From Macrostomum lignano (lineage: Eukaryota): DNA of 64,000 nt. The first letter of the stretch is position 1. Each line of letters opens with the position of its first letter. The DNA lies in the NCBI GenBank assembly GCA_002269645.1, contig NIVC01000957.1, positions 186,001-250,000 of the forward strand. Direction: 5' to 3'. Below, piece by piece: positions 1 to 12,900 of the stretch. The translations under genes and the position numbers were made by a program. Under the pieces are notes generated by a model. It saw only the letters and a list, made by a program, of their open reading frames with translations, ran no database searches and was not told where the DNA came from.

Positions 1-96
1 ACCAGGGTGATTGACCACTGCAGTTCTCTGTGTAACATTTGTCCGTGTGCTGTGAGATGGCCAGCTGCTAACTGCGACCCCCACCCGATCTTGCAG

Positions 97-725
97 GTGT
101 TTGTGACGTCGCTCAGCGGCTGCCTCATCAGCGTTCAGCCCCGAGTCGACGACTCGACCAGCTTCAATCGCAGCTGGGCCGAATACTTTGGTCCGGGGCT
201 GCACAGCAACCAATGGATCGGTGAGGCAGCAGATTTTCGCATGCAGGCGACTCTGTCTGAACTGTAAGTGACAGAGTTGCGCTTGCTCAATTGAAAAATC
301 TGAGAAGCCTCAACTCCCTCACGTGGCCTTCTGGTCGGCAGCTGCGCATTCGGATGAGGCTGTGGAACGACATGGAGTACTGGGCGAACTACAGCTCCTT
401 CTCTGTGGACAGCGAGGACAACAAGTTTCAAGTCAGCATCAGCGGCTTCAGCGGCAGTTCAGGACTCGGAGACTGTATGGGGCACTGCAATGGCATGAAG
501 TTTAGCACCTTTGATTCGGACAACGACATTTCTTCAGAGAGCTGCAGTGCCAAGTACAAGGGAGGCTGGTGGTACGGTGCGTGCCACTGCACCAACCCGA
601 ACGGACTGTACTTTTATCCGCCCACTGCTCTCAATACGACTCCTGTCTATGCCCAGAGCATCTGCTGGAGAAATCCGTTTGGTTACTACTATTCGATGAA
701 TGAGTTCGAGATGCTGGTCCTTTGA
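97..725 (+). CDS. Fibrinogen C-terminal domain (FReD) protein, 3' exons; upstream exons lie outside or at the window edge
   Basis: After acceptor ttgcag|97: QPRVDDSTSFNRSWAEY..QWIG. The 291-725 ORF has LRIRM..YWANYSSFSV..GMKFSTFDSDND..CSAKYKGGWWYGACHCTNPNGLY, the canonical FReD motifs. The exact intron between ~220 and ~305 is unresolved. Confidence 0.85.
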
Positions 726-1383
726 GAACGGAAATTTTTTGAGCATAGACTAAAAACCAAACGGCCGAAGCCTGCCTTTCCTGACTTGCGTTTCAATAAG
801 CTACAGAAACGTCAAATGCAAACCCGAGTTCGAAGTGAACTATTAAATATACTCTAGTTTTGACGCGTAATTCGTGAAAAATTACTTATAAATTTTAAGT
901 GAGGATATTTGATTTGAAGCTATTTTACTTCTCTAATGGTGGAATCAGCATACTCTGAGTTGCATCTTAAACTTCAATAAGATTATATTACTTCCTCTTT
1001 TACTACGAGCTACCAAGACGTTTTCAACCATCTGAAATTCGCCGTGACAAAATGACAAGAAGGGTTCAGGGGTCATTCCTTCATTTAAAGTGACGGCTCA
1101 TGGAATCGAACCCATAGGCATCGAGCATGTACAGTGAATTTCGACTGCATCGGTTGCTGTGCTTGTTGTGCCTCATGACCACGGCATTTCCTAGCCTGTC
1201 ATTGCTAAGAAAAAATTGTTACAGAGTACTCGTAAACATAATCCATTAGGATAATTTGAAATGCTGAAACACGATAAGAATAATCGATTATAGATAATCG
1301 ATATAAGGGCAATCTGATTGGGTCTGCCAGTCGACATTAAAAATCGATATAAGTCAGCAGACTGCCGATAGCAACCGAGCCGG

Positions 1384-2635
1384 TCAGTCCACCCGGAGCA
1401 CCATCACCCCAGCTGACTGCGGCCGCATGACCCGGCGCCGTCGACCTTTGGTGTCAGCAGCCGCCGCGGAATCCTTTGACGCATCCGCCTCCGAGCCGTT
1501 CAGCGCTGCTGTTGCCCCCGTTGACGAAGAATTCGCTGCTGCTGCTGCCGCCGTCTGCGGCCGACGCTGGCGCAGCGGCACGGAGGTCAGGCCCAGCCAG
1601 TCGGACTTCTTTGCCTCCAGAATTCGCTGCCGCTCCGAGGCTGTCATCGGCGTCAAGCCCGACGTTCCGGCCGACGTGCTACCCGGTGGAAGCGCCTTCG
1701 CGGCTGGTGCCGTCTCGGTCACCGAGTTGTCGGGCTCGACATCCGAACCGGCGTCGCTGGGATCGGCGGCGGCGGCTGTTCGGCGAGCGGACTTCCGGTA
1801 GAGGCGCGGGTTCAGGTGGTCCGGGATCAGGCTGACCTGGGGGGGGGAGGCCGGATGGCGTATGGTTTTGGATCGCTTTCGCATATACAAAATTTTCCAT
1901 TTACCATGAAGCTTAAAACTTCATAAATTCGAGTTTGTGAAGTTTCTATCGAGTTTGAAAAGTTTCTATCGAGTTTGAAAAGTTTCTATCGAGTTTGAGA
2001 AGTTTCTATCGAGTTTGTGAAGTTTCTATCGAGTTTGTGAAGTTTCTATCGAGTTTGAGAAGTTTCTATCGAGTTTGAAAAGTTTCTATCGAGTTTGAGA
2101 AGTTTCTATCGAGCTTGTGAAGTTTCTATCGAGCTTGTGAAGTTTCCATTGAGCTTGTGAAGTTTCGAGCTAGTGCAGCACATACACCCAATTTTCATGG
2201 GTGTGTGAGTACCGGACACCCCAGCCCAACATAAGTTTTTTTTCCAATGTTTTCCCCAATAAGTTTCTTCCTGACTGGGTTCAATCCAAAAATGTAACAC
2301 GTCAAAACCATGATAAGTGCCTGGCAACACCTGCCTAGCATTACCTGAGTCACGTGACGCCTTCTAAACCAGTCGTCCAACTCCGGACTCAACGGCGAGT
2401 CCAAAATCCGCGCCAAGTCCACCAGCAGGTCGCGCTCGCGCCGTTCTGTCTCCCGGCGCCAGGTGGCGCGGTCCCGCTCGGCGCGGCCCTGCTGCCTGGA
2501 CAGCGCCAGCTGCAGCTTCAGGTTCTGGTCGCGGGCGCGGCCCTCAGCCGAGGAGGCGCCAGCGCCGGCGGTGCGCGGCCGGGCCACTTGGCGGCGTCGC
2601 TGCATGTCTTTTCGGACCGGAATTGTTGACCAAAT
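1384..2635 (-). CDS. Unknown coiled-coil/low-complexity protein, last two coding exons (2635-2345, 1836-1384); 5' exons unresolved
   Basis: Acceptor ttttctcag|ATT at 2635, donor CAG|gtaatg at 2345/2344 and acceptor cccag|GTC at 1836 are all phase 0 and join ..RRRHVTQ|VSLIPDHLNPRLY... GC-rich codon usage; RPQTA/RPQSA motifs. Confidence 0.7.
1931..2166. repeat. 20-bp minisatellite (AGTTTCTATCGAGTTTGAGA), ~11 copies, intronic
   Basis: Visible 20-nt periodicity inside intron 1837-2344. Confidence 0.95.
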
Positions 2636-3050
2636 CTGAGAAAATTGGCATCAAGCGCTATCTAAACCCCTTCCCCCGGTTTATTTATAGACAAACTCGC
2701 AGTCTGTTTATGAGCTCTGCAACGGCCAATAAAATCCGTGCAACCATGGGGTGGTGGTGGAATTGCGGTGGAACAGTTGCCGAGTGCGAGATCTGCAGTC
2801 CGAGTGAGAAAAGGTAGCGGCAGCCTTTTGAATGCAAAATGCCCCCTGGTACAGTTGCCTTGCAGCACAATGTGAGGTCAGGTAGCTTTGGCTTAGGTTT
2901 GGCTGGCTGTGGTTTACGATGGATAACCAGTGCAGCTCATGAGGGATCGCGGCCTGCACTTTATAAGAGTATTCGAGAATAGGATTTGAGATTTTGTTTT
3001 ATGACCTGCGCCATACAGCTGGGTGTTTAACGAATTTTGGGAACAGTCTG

Positions 3051-3385
3051 ATAGATCATGGGGTAGTTTATGATAGATCATGGGGTAGTTTATGATAGAT
3101 CATGGGGTAGTTTATGATAGATCATGGGGTAGTTTATGATAGATCATGGGGTAGTTTATGATAGATCATGGGGTAGTTTATGATAGATCATGGGGTAGTT
3201 TATGATAGATCACGGGGTAGTTTATGATAGATCACGGGGTAGTTTATGATAGATCATGGGGGTAATTTATGATAGATCATGGGGGTCGTTTATGATAGAT
3301 CACGGGGTAGTTTATGATAGATCACGGGGTAGTTTATGATAGATCATGGGGAAATTTAATAAAGATCATGGCGTAGTTTATGACA
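3051..3385. repeat. 22-bp minisatellite (GATAGATCATGGGGTAGTTTAT), ~14 copies
   Basis: Direct tandem periodicity. Confidence 0.95.
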
Positions 3386-4305
3386 TATCGTTCAGTTCAC
3401 ATCATAATCACATATAATTACTAATTTGAATAATAAGCATAGAAAAAACAAAAACTTCTGCATAACAATTTTAAGCCGAAATTCGACTGGCTCCCAAGCG
3501 GCAAAGCGGAGGTCAGAAACGGCGCTTTGAATACAATTGACGGCCACAAGGGGGTCAGGTAATTAGTCAGACAGCTCCAGTTAGCAGAGAAACGCACCTG
3601 CAGTGAGAAGGGGCCGCATTTTTCTTATTTCAAACTCCACCTATGGCGGCATCGGTTGCGCGCGGCGAAAGAGATGGAATTATTAACAATAATGACTACT
3701 CTCTACCTGGCGGTGAATGCGAAGCTGGGGCCATCTGCATTCAGTCAGGCACAGTTAAACAAAAACAACACGCAAGGGTTTAAGGAGGCCAAGCAACTCG
3801 ACTGTGTTTAGCCGCTGCTATAAACAAGAATTGAGAGAAATTCAACAAAAAATGCAGGTGCAAAGCGGGTTCCAAGCAGGTGCTTAGGGTCTACCGATAA
3901 TTATAATTTTGCTATTTAAATAAATATCAAAGCATTTTGTGGTAGCAATTTTTATTCGATTTCGTCATTCCACTTTGCGTATTTAAACAAAGCGTTTGAG
4001 GATCTTAACACGAGTAGCAATGTACTTTTAAAGACGTTTAAAAACGGCTCTGAAAGGTTTTTGACAGCCTGCGTGAAACGGGTGTGCAACCGAAGCAGAA
4101 TGACGCAAAATTCATTGGCGAGGTTAGAAGTGCCCGGTTATGTACGTTTATAAGAGGAATGGCTGGCGTTGTGTCCATTTATACATAGCAAAAACATATC
4201 CGTGAAATACAGAGGCGTCAGTCTGAAACCAAAGCAGTCAATGATTACGCTATACTAACTATTAGGTAATCCCACTGGGCAGCCTCAGGGGCTTCGGGCA
4301 TCCAG

Positions 4306-4995
4306 TTAAAGCGGGGAGGCGTCAACTCCGCTGACCTCTGGGACAGGCAGTGCCAGGGCAGTTCTGGCACGATGCACCCTGCCGATCAGCTGCTCCCTGA
4401 ACCTCAGCATGCCCGGGTCGCGCGCTGTCGCCTTCCTCTGCTCACCCCTGTCGGCCCAGCTGCGGTAGTGCTGCAAGCCAGCGCTGTTGTAGTCAATGTA
4501 GGCTGTGGCCCTGCCTTGAAAATAGCTCTGCACATTGTGCACGCTCATGATTCGAACGTATTGCGGCCTCACAATCAGTTTCGACTGCGAGCCCTGCGCG
4601 TAGATTTCGGCCTCGCGTTGCAACTTCAGCAGGAAGCTGAGCCTCAGGCCAGAAATGGTGACGTTGGCTGACGTGACGGGGTCGCTGGGCCACTCCAGCC
4701 AGAACACCGCGTGCTGAAATGACAGGCCAGCCGTTTTGTTGTCTGACATGAAAGCATTAGTGTGGCAGGAATTGAAATTCCTTTGCCAGGGTGCGGGAAG
4801 AGCGAATCCCATCCTCAGTGGATGTTTTGATTGTCTTTTAAATGCAAACATTGTGCATAAATTGGGCTTGTCCAAATTTCCTGGCCAATGCTGGGCGGAG
4901 ATGTCTGGGTCTGCTGGTTGCATCGGTAGGTGGTTGGTTGCTGCCGCCAAATATCCGGAATCCTGCGGACTTTCAGAGCTGGAAGTAAATGCCAA
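4306..4995 (-). CDS. Uncharacterised 229-aa ORF
   Basis: ATG-to-stop ORF outside repeats; the 3' two thirds has the same GC3-rich codon style as neighbouring genes; no family recognised. Confidence 0.55.
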   Translation of the reverse strand: MAFTSSSESPQDSGYLAAATNHLPMQPADPDISAQHWPGNLDKPNLCTMFAFKRQSKHPLRMGFALPAPWQRNFNSCHTNAFMSDNKTAGLSFQHAVFWLEWPSDPVTSANVTISGLRLSFLLKLQREAEIYAQGSQSKLIVRPQYVRIMSVHNVQSYFQGRATAYIDYNSAGLQHYRSWADRGEQRKATARDPGMLRFREQLIGRVHRARTALALPVPEVSGVDASPL

Positions 4996-5121
4996 AGACT
5001 AAAATCGCGGGCACACATTGACGATTCCGTGGGCCGTGCGGATTTGTTGAGATTTTGCCCCATAGACGTTTTGCCTCAGTGAATCTGGGAGAAAAGGGGC
5101 AGGGTAAAAATGGGGGTTCTA

Positions 5122-6109
5122 ACCATAGACAAATTGTCATTCAGTTTCACGTCAACCGAAGAAGCATCGAAGTTAGAATCCAGAGAACAGTTCCTAATTC
5201 TTAGGAGGGTGAGCGAAGAGGATCTCTGATTAGAAAAGCATTACTAAGAAGCCTTCTTTAGTTCAATAAAGTATAGTCTCCAAAAACCATGATTAACTAT
5301 AGTGGCATACTCGAAGAAGACATAGCTGGACTGTCAACCGAGGAGTTGCACTTTGTCACTCATCAATGGCCATATTAACATTGTACATTTTTTAAATATA
5401 GAGAAATGTTGATTTGATGCCGTTCACAAAAACGACTGTGTTGGGTATTTAAGAGCGAGTAGTTGTCTCTATCTCTACTAAACCTTTTCTGTGACATTTT
5501 CGAGTTATTTTCTTTGAATCACTTAGTCTTGCTGAAGTCGAAGCTGTCTTGAGTAAATTGCCATTGGCACCCGCAACCGACTATCCTAGTTTGAGCAAGC
5601 GCGATCTCAACTACGTTCTTAAGTGTTTTATCTTAGAGATCCGTGGTGATTGCTGGCGCTTCTACGTTGAAGGATTATTTTCAGCATGCTGCAATAATAC
5701 TTGTTCAACCAATGCGGAAAGCCACTGAGCCTCTGGAAGGACGGGGAATTCAACGAGATTCGACGTCCGAAGAGAAACTCAGGTCTGAAGGTGTGACTGG
5801 TAGTGATGTCCACGAAAACTGGTGAGTTCTGTGATTTGGGGGGGGGGTCAATGTGGAGTTGTGCGGAGTGATTGTCTATTTTGATTGAGTTGATTTGTTA
5901 CGACCCATTGACTCACTTTTAACTGTCAAGCCAAAAAACTGGTTAACAACTGCTCACTTTTCTTAATATTATCTGTTGCCCTCTACCCCCCCCCCTAAAA
6001 AATTTAATTTATTTTTTGACATTGACATATGGCCAAGCATTCTTAAATGGAATTTACTGCACGGCTTGGGATTTACTGCACAGTCGCGTTATCTATCTAT
6101 GTCTATGGT
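5122..6109. mobile_element. Putative non-autonomous DNA transposon bounded by inverted ACCATAGACA...TGTCTATGGT
   Basis: 10-bp inverted termini at 5122-5131 and 6100-6109. Flanks are compatible with a TA TSD or a decayed 8-bp TSD (GTTCTAAC/GTTAAAAC). No transposase. Confidence 0.4.
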
Positions 6110-6454
6110 TAAAACCAGAAGAATGCTTTGCCCATAAATCAATGAATCTATCACTAGGTTTCGAGTGCGTAAATAGTCTTGGCACGAGTGCGCGTTATAA
6201 ATCTACCATTGTTACTATGGTTTACCATACTAACAACGCTTCAGTCAAAGATTGATTGTTTAACGATGATTGAAAATTTTGCCATAGACAATCTATTTTA
6301 TATGTATTGTACTAAACGTTCAATGCATGAAAAACATTAGGAATAGAAAATCATAGGAAAGCTACGCATTTTAACACATGCGCTAACAAATACATGGATG
6401 AACAAAACAAAAAGCATAGATAAACTAAATACGCATTTTAACACAAACTGTGCG

Positions 6455-7010
6455 TTAAAAAATTGAGCATGGAAAAACGTAGAATACGCATTTTTACATA
6501 CATTTAAACAAATTGAGAGCATAGAAAAACGTAGAATACGCATTTTTACATACATTTAAACAAATTGAGAGCATAGAAAAACGTAGAATACGCATTTTTA
6601 CATACATTTAAACAAATTGAGAGCATAGAAAAACGTAGAGTACGCATTTTTACATACATTTAAACAAATTGAGAGCATAGAAAAACGTAGAATACGCATT
6701 TTTACATACATTTAAACAAATTGAGAGCATAGAAAAACGTAGAATACGCATTTTTACATACATTTAAACAAATTGAGAGCATAGAAAAACGTAGAATACG
6801 CATTTTTACATACATTTAAACAAATTGAGAGCATAGAAAAACGTAGAATACGCATTTTTACATACGTTTAAACAAATTGAGAGCATAGAAAAACGTATAA
6901 TACGCATTTTTACATACGTTTAAACAAATTGAGAGCATAGAAAAACGTAGAATACGCATTTTTACATACGTTTAAACAAATTGAGAGCATAGAAAAACGT
7001 AGAATATGCA
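6455..7010. repeat. 52-bp tandem repeat (CATAGAAAAACGTAGAATACGCATTTTTACATACATTTAAACAAATTGAGAG), ~11 copies
   Basis: Direct periodicity, very homogeneous. Confidence 0.95.
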
Positions 7011-7467
7011 CTTTACACACACATGTCACCAAATTGGGCACAGAGAAACAGAATACGCATTAACTTTCTTCAACGAGAAGTAATAGTAGCGCAGAAACTC
7101 GCTTAGCATAGCCTCGGACATTGCCACGGGAGACAGTTCCGTTTGTCTACTTAAAAAATCCACAAATGCTTTACCATGTTGGAACATCTGTTCTCGCGTA
7201 GTTTTAGGAAGCGAATCGATTTCAATGCGATCCAGGTCGCCAACCGTCAGAGGAGCGTCATCTGATATTTCCGGTAGGGGTAGGATCTTCTAAGAAACGG
7301 ATGAACTCCGCTAGGTCAGCGTCGCCAGCGTGGTCGGTTGCACTCAGCAGAGAAAGGAAATCCATTTCGCTTGAAGACACTCCGTTAAGAGAATCAGTAG
7401 GCAGATTTTTCCAATTTATTAGATGCGTTTTAGTGGTTGATGTTAAAGCAAGCAAGCTTATATCAAG

Positions 7468-7857
7468 CATGGATGAATGAATAGAATGGATTGCTATTCT
7501 GGCTCTGGCTATTTTCGTTTTTGACTCTTTTGCATCCGATTCACCCCCGTGCCTTTTCATTGGTTGATGATTGCCATAGACAATTTTCGGCCTTCGCCCC
7601 TTTCTTTCGATGCACAAGCGCAAAGAACTGATTTTATTGTAGACGAATCGACTCTCGAATCGTGCTTGTAGGTCTTCCCCCTTTATTTCAAAACACGAGC
7701 GAAAGCGCTTGTGCATCGAAAGAAAGGGGCGAAGGCCGAAAATTGTCTATGGCAATCATCAACCAATGAAAAGGCACGGGGGGAACCGGATGCAAAAGAG
7801 TCAAAAACGAAAATAGCCAGAGCCAGAATAGCAATCCATTCTATTCATTCATCCATG
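7468..7857. repeat. Long inverted repeat: arms 7468-7621 and 7705-7857, 83-bp spacer
   Basis: Arms are reverse complements except for one small mismatch/indel patch (gcatccgattcacccccg vs gcatccggttcccccg). Confidence 0.92.
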
Positions 7858-9227
7858 ATATCAAGCCACAGTCCCCTGCATTTCTCTACTCTATATTCAC
7901 TCGATAGTCTATGGTACAGTTGGAATCGCTCCATAGCGCTTCCTATGGCAGTGTCGATGTCGTTGTCGATGTCTATGGCCAAAACCTGCGCAGTCTAGGA
8001 CGTTTCTGATTCGCTGAGACATCGTTAAACAATCGGCGTTAAAAAACGCTTCAGCGTTAAACAATGCTTCTAGTCGAGTATGCTAAACGATAGTGACAAT
8101 AAGTCTATACATACGATACTATCGTTAAACAATAAGCAAAGATCATATTTGATCAAAGATCAAAGATCATACCTCTAGTACCGTATGTATAATCTCCCAT
8201 TGTGACTATATGGAAAAATAAAAAATTGAATGACGAATTAACGAGGCGATCCGGCGCGCTGGGTCCTGAAGCGCCCCCGGCAGACGATGAGCGAAGAGAC
8301 GATCCGGCAGGCGAGCCCTGAAGGATCGAGCCCCGGCCGAGAATTAGAACCGAGAGAGACCGGAACGCACTGGGCTTCAGGGTACTCAAACATGTATTTC
8401 TTTGAGTACTTTCTTGTGGCTCATTCGTTTGTCTTATTTATTTGGATCGTTTTTTTTGGCCGGGACAGATAAACGTCTTTTACATTGGACCATAGACTTA
8501 TTCTTATTCCAAAGGGGAGTATAAGTATAAGTTCTTTCCGCCAGAAGATAAGGCGCCTAAGGGGGACAATTTAAGGACAGCAGCAGAGCCAATCTCCATT
8601 CCAGAGACCAGGCAAGTCAATACGGCAAGGCACCCAGACTGGCGGGCGAGGCAGAGCAACGCTTGATAGACGAGGTCAGCACCGATGCACGTGAAAATCG
8701 GCCAGGGAGCAAAGTCGCGGCTCACCTGATACCCATAACTGAGAGATAAACTGGTGGCCTGACGTGCCAATCGATTGGAAGATGGGCTCTTGACTGACCT
8801 CCACTAACCGCCTGACTCATCCTTGCAAACTAAGTAATAGAAATAATCTATCACGCCCAGTAGCAACATGTTGATGTAGAATAACTTTAGAATATTGCTG
8901 CGTCTGTCTTGCTAGCTAAGAGGAAATCCACCGCCTCCAGCGGAAATGAGTGACGTGTCCTAACATCTATAAAATAGACACGATCTCGGCCCACGAGCGA
9001 GCACTCTCGCGACTCTAGCTTTATCTCTGGACTCCGTTTAGCAGTCCCACAAACATCTGAATTACTAATCGCTTGCGCTAAAGGCACGAAAAAGAATCCG
9101 GTGCGATCTCGATGGTGAGCCCTCTGAGGCTCGGTTATAAAACTAAGAACAGCAATCCGCCAGACAAACTAACTAACGATGCCGAAGGCCAAGGAGGGTC
9201 TTACGTGACCCAAGCCTGGAGATCTAA

Positions 9228-9640
9228 GCCAAAACTAGGGATCTGACCCAAACATGGGGATCTGACCCAAACATGGGGATCTCTGACCCAAACATGGGGA
9301 TCTGACCCAAACATGGGGATCTCTGACCCAAACATGGGGATCTGACCCAAACATGGGGATCTCTGACCCAAACATGGGGATCTGACCCAAACATGGGGAT
9401 CTGACCCAAAAATGGGGATCTCTGACCTAAACATGGGGATCGCTGACCCAAACATGGGGATCTCTGACCCAAACATGGGGATCTCTGACCCAAACATGGG
9501 GATCTCTGACCCAAACCTGGGGATCTCTGACCCAAACATGGGGATGGCTGACCCAAACATGGGGATCTCTGACCCCAACATGGGGATCTCTGACCCAAAC
9601 ATGGGGATCTGACCCAAAAATGGGAACTCTGACCTAAGCC
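9228..9640. repeat. 21/19-bp minisatellite (GGATCTCTGACCCAAACATGG)
   Basis: Direct periodicity; gives artefactual MGISDPN ORFs. Confidence 0.95.
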
Positions 9641-9941
9641 TGGGGATCCGAGACAAACATAGTGAATATAAGCCGCAAAACAAAAAGGCACCAGAACGCG
9701 TGATAACAGCAGATATCTTAGCTTGAACTCCAACAAATTTTCCAGGGGCAACTGTACTCGTATGTAAGCAATATGCCGCCAACTAGTCGAAGAGCTGCTA
9801 TATTTCTAAATTGCCAGATATGAGCACTGCTTTCAACTGAAAGATAAGCGTCAATGTTTCTGTGAAATTGTATACGAGTATATAAAATCAGGCAATTTTC
9901 TCAGTTGCCTACTACAAGTAGCACAGCGGTTCATTGACTGG

Positions 9942-12900
9942 TCAATCAGGCAGCTCCAGAGGCTGGTCATACGGCAGCAGGTCCGGGTGGTAGACGTCCT
10001 CCGGGTAGCCGCCCTCGGGCGCGTCCTCAGCGAAGTAGGTCGGCATCGGCGGCGGGTTGGCGTCCAGCGAGCGGCGAACGTCAAGCATCCAGGAGTCCAT
10101 GATCTGCCGACAGGGGTAAACAGAAAGAGTAACTATGCCTTTTGTTTCAATGTAAAATTCCTCGTCATCTGAGAACTGAAAAGCCGGATAAACGCAGGAG
10201 CCTGGGTGAACAGTGGCAGCAACTATCACTTGCACCAAGGGGTCGGCAAACTTTTTTACCTCTAGATAAAGAATCCAGCTCATGACTTGCGGGCTAGATG
10301 AGAGGGGAAAGGAGAGGGAATGCAAGATAAGAGATAAAAAGAGAGGGTAAAAGAGATGATAGTGAGAGAAAATATAGAAGATAAGAGGAGAGAAGAGGGC
10401 AGAGAGAGGAGAGGGGAGAGAGGGAGAGAGGAGAGGGGAGAGAGGGAGAGAGGAGAGGGAGAAAGGCGAGAGGAGAGGGAAGAGAGGAGAGGAGAGGGGA
10501 GAGAGGAGAGGAGAGAGAGGGAGAGAAGAGAGTGGAGAGAGGGAGAGAGGAGAGGGAGAAAGGCGAGAGGAGAGGGAAGAGAGGAGAGGAGAGAGGAGAG
10601 AGGAGAGAAGAGAGAGGAGAAAAGATAGGGAGATTAGAGAGAGGAGAGAGGAGAGAGGAGAGAAGAGAGAGGAAAAAAGAGAGGGAGAGAAGAGAGTGGA
10701 GAGAGGGAGAGAAGAGGGAGAAAGGCGAGGCGAGAGGGAAAAGAGAAGAGGGGAGGGGAGAGGAGAGGAGAGAAGAGAGAGAGAGAGAGGAGAGGGGAGG
10801 GGAGAGGAAGGAAATGTCTGGGTTAACAGCGGGAGCTTCCAGATTCGTTCGCCATCTAACCTGAGCAGCAGTTCTCACCTGACAATAGGAATGCGGCGGC
10901 CCGGGAGTGAAGCCTTTGATGAACAGCAGCCGGTGCTTGGTGTTGACCCGCAGCACCGGCAGGGAGCGGGCCGCCCGGAACCGGTTGCCCATGACGCCCG
11001 GCATTCGCTTGCCGCGGTAGATCGGCCCGCCGCCGCCGGCCGCGCTGCCCATCTTGCGGTGGAACTTCGTGCTGCCGTGTGCCGCAGGGCCGCCTTCCAT
11101 CAGGTGGCGCTCCATGACGCCCTAGGGGGTTCGAATAGTTCGATGCTCATGCTGACACCAGGGACTCGGAGGCTCGGGTTGATAGCATCACCTTCGATTC
11201 AGTCATACTGATCCCAGATTCAGTCATACTGATCCCAGATTCAGTCATACTGATCCCAGATTCAGTCATACTGATCCCAGATTCAGTCATAATGACTCTA
11301 GATTCAGTCAAAATGACCCTAGATTCAGTCATAATGACCCTAGATTCAGTCATAATGACTCTGGATTCAGTCATAATGACCCTAGATTCAGTCATAATGA
11401 CCCTAGATTCAGTCATAATGACTCTGGATTCAGTCAAGATGACCCTAGATTCAGTCATACTGACCCTAGATTCGGTCATAATGACCTTAGATTCGGTCAT
11501 AATGACCTTAGATTCAGTCATACTGATCCTAGATTCAGTCATACTGATCCTAGATTCAGTCATACTGACACTAGATTCGGTCAGAGCGAACAAACTTGAG
11601 CCAAGCGACTCACCTGGAAGCCGCGATTGACTGTCCGAGCGACCACATCAACGCAGTCGCCCACGCGGAAGTGGTGCAGCCCCAGACAGGCCCCCGGCTG
11701 CAGAGAGGCATCCGGGCTGACCAGAAACCGGGAGATCTTCCGCATCGGCGGCAGGCCGGCCGCCTTGAAGATGCCGCACCACTGGGCGGTGAAGTTGGCG
11801 GGGTCGGCTGGCACGGCGCCAACAAGCTGGAGGCCCCAGCGCTGCTGGGTGAGCCAGCGGGGCAGGAAGCTCTGGTTCAGGCGGTAGGGCCGCATCTCAC
11901 GCAGGGAGGCGTAGCTGCTCAGGGGCGGTGAGCAAAGCAGTGAGAGCATTGAGAACCTCGTGCTTCTGACTGACTATGGGATTGCCAACAATTATCTCTA
12001 AATCCATAAAAGAGAATCCCAGAAATCAATTACCTACAAGTGCAGACTGACAGCCTTAAACTCATCCATGTAATTCACAGAATCCTCAGATCGCAAACTT
12101 TGAGTATAATCCTCAAATCCCCAAAACTGGAATCCTTAAATCCCCAAAACTGGAATCCTCAAACCCCTAAAACTGTAATTCTCAAATCCCCAAAACTGGA
12201 ATCCTTAAATCCCTAAAACTGGGATCCTCAAATCCCTAAAACTGGAATCCTCAAATCCCCAAAACTGGAATCCTCAAATCCCTAAAACTGGGATCCTCAA
12301 ATCCCCAAAACTGGGATCCTCAAATCCCCAAAACTGGGATCCTCAAATCCCCAAAACTGGGATCCTCAAATCCCCAAAACTGGAATCCTCAAATCCCTAA
12401 AACTGGGATCCTCAAATCCCTAAAACTGGGATCCTCAAATCCCTAAAACTGGAATCCTCAAATCCCTAAAACTGGGATCCTAAAATCCCCAAAACTGGGA
12501 TCCTCAAATCCCTAAAACTGGGATCATCAAATCCCTAAAACTGGGATCCTCAAATCCCCAAAACTGGGATCCTCAAATCCCTAAAACTGGGATCCTCAAA
12601 TCCCCAAAACTGGGATCCTCAAATCCCTAAAACTGGGATCCTCAAACCCCCAAAACTGGGATCCTCAAATCCCTAAAACTGGGACCCTCAAATTCGCAAA
12701 ACTGGAATCCTCGATTCTTTAAAACTGGAATAATCAAATCCCCAAAACTGGAATCCTCAAATAACCAAAACTGGAATCTTCAAAATTCCTTAAAACTGGA
12801 ATCCTTAAATCCCAAAACTAGGATCTTCAAATCCCCAAAACTGGAATCCTCAAATCCCCAAACTGGGATTCTCAAATCCCCAAAATTGGGATCTTCAAAT

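Noticed and set aside
7258-7716. 152-aa ORF as a transposase fragment
   Set aside because: Half of it is the palindrome arm and no DDE motif is visible.
8504-9782. Possible minus-strand membrane-protein exons (WPIFTCIGADLVYQALL.., GAFLFCGLYSLCL..)
   Set aside because: No consistent splice phases, no gene-like codon bias and no recognisable motif.
10236-10260. hAT-like left ends CA(A)GGGGTCGGCAA here and near 55480
   Set aside because: No matching right end or TSD was found, so no element could be delimited.
12105-12900. Interstitial telomeric repeat (CCCTAA in many units)
   Set aside because: Single hexamers embedded in a 23-bp unit, not tandem TTAGGG.
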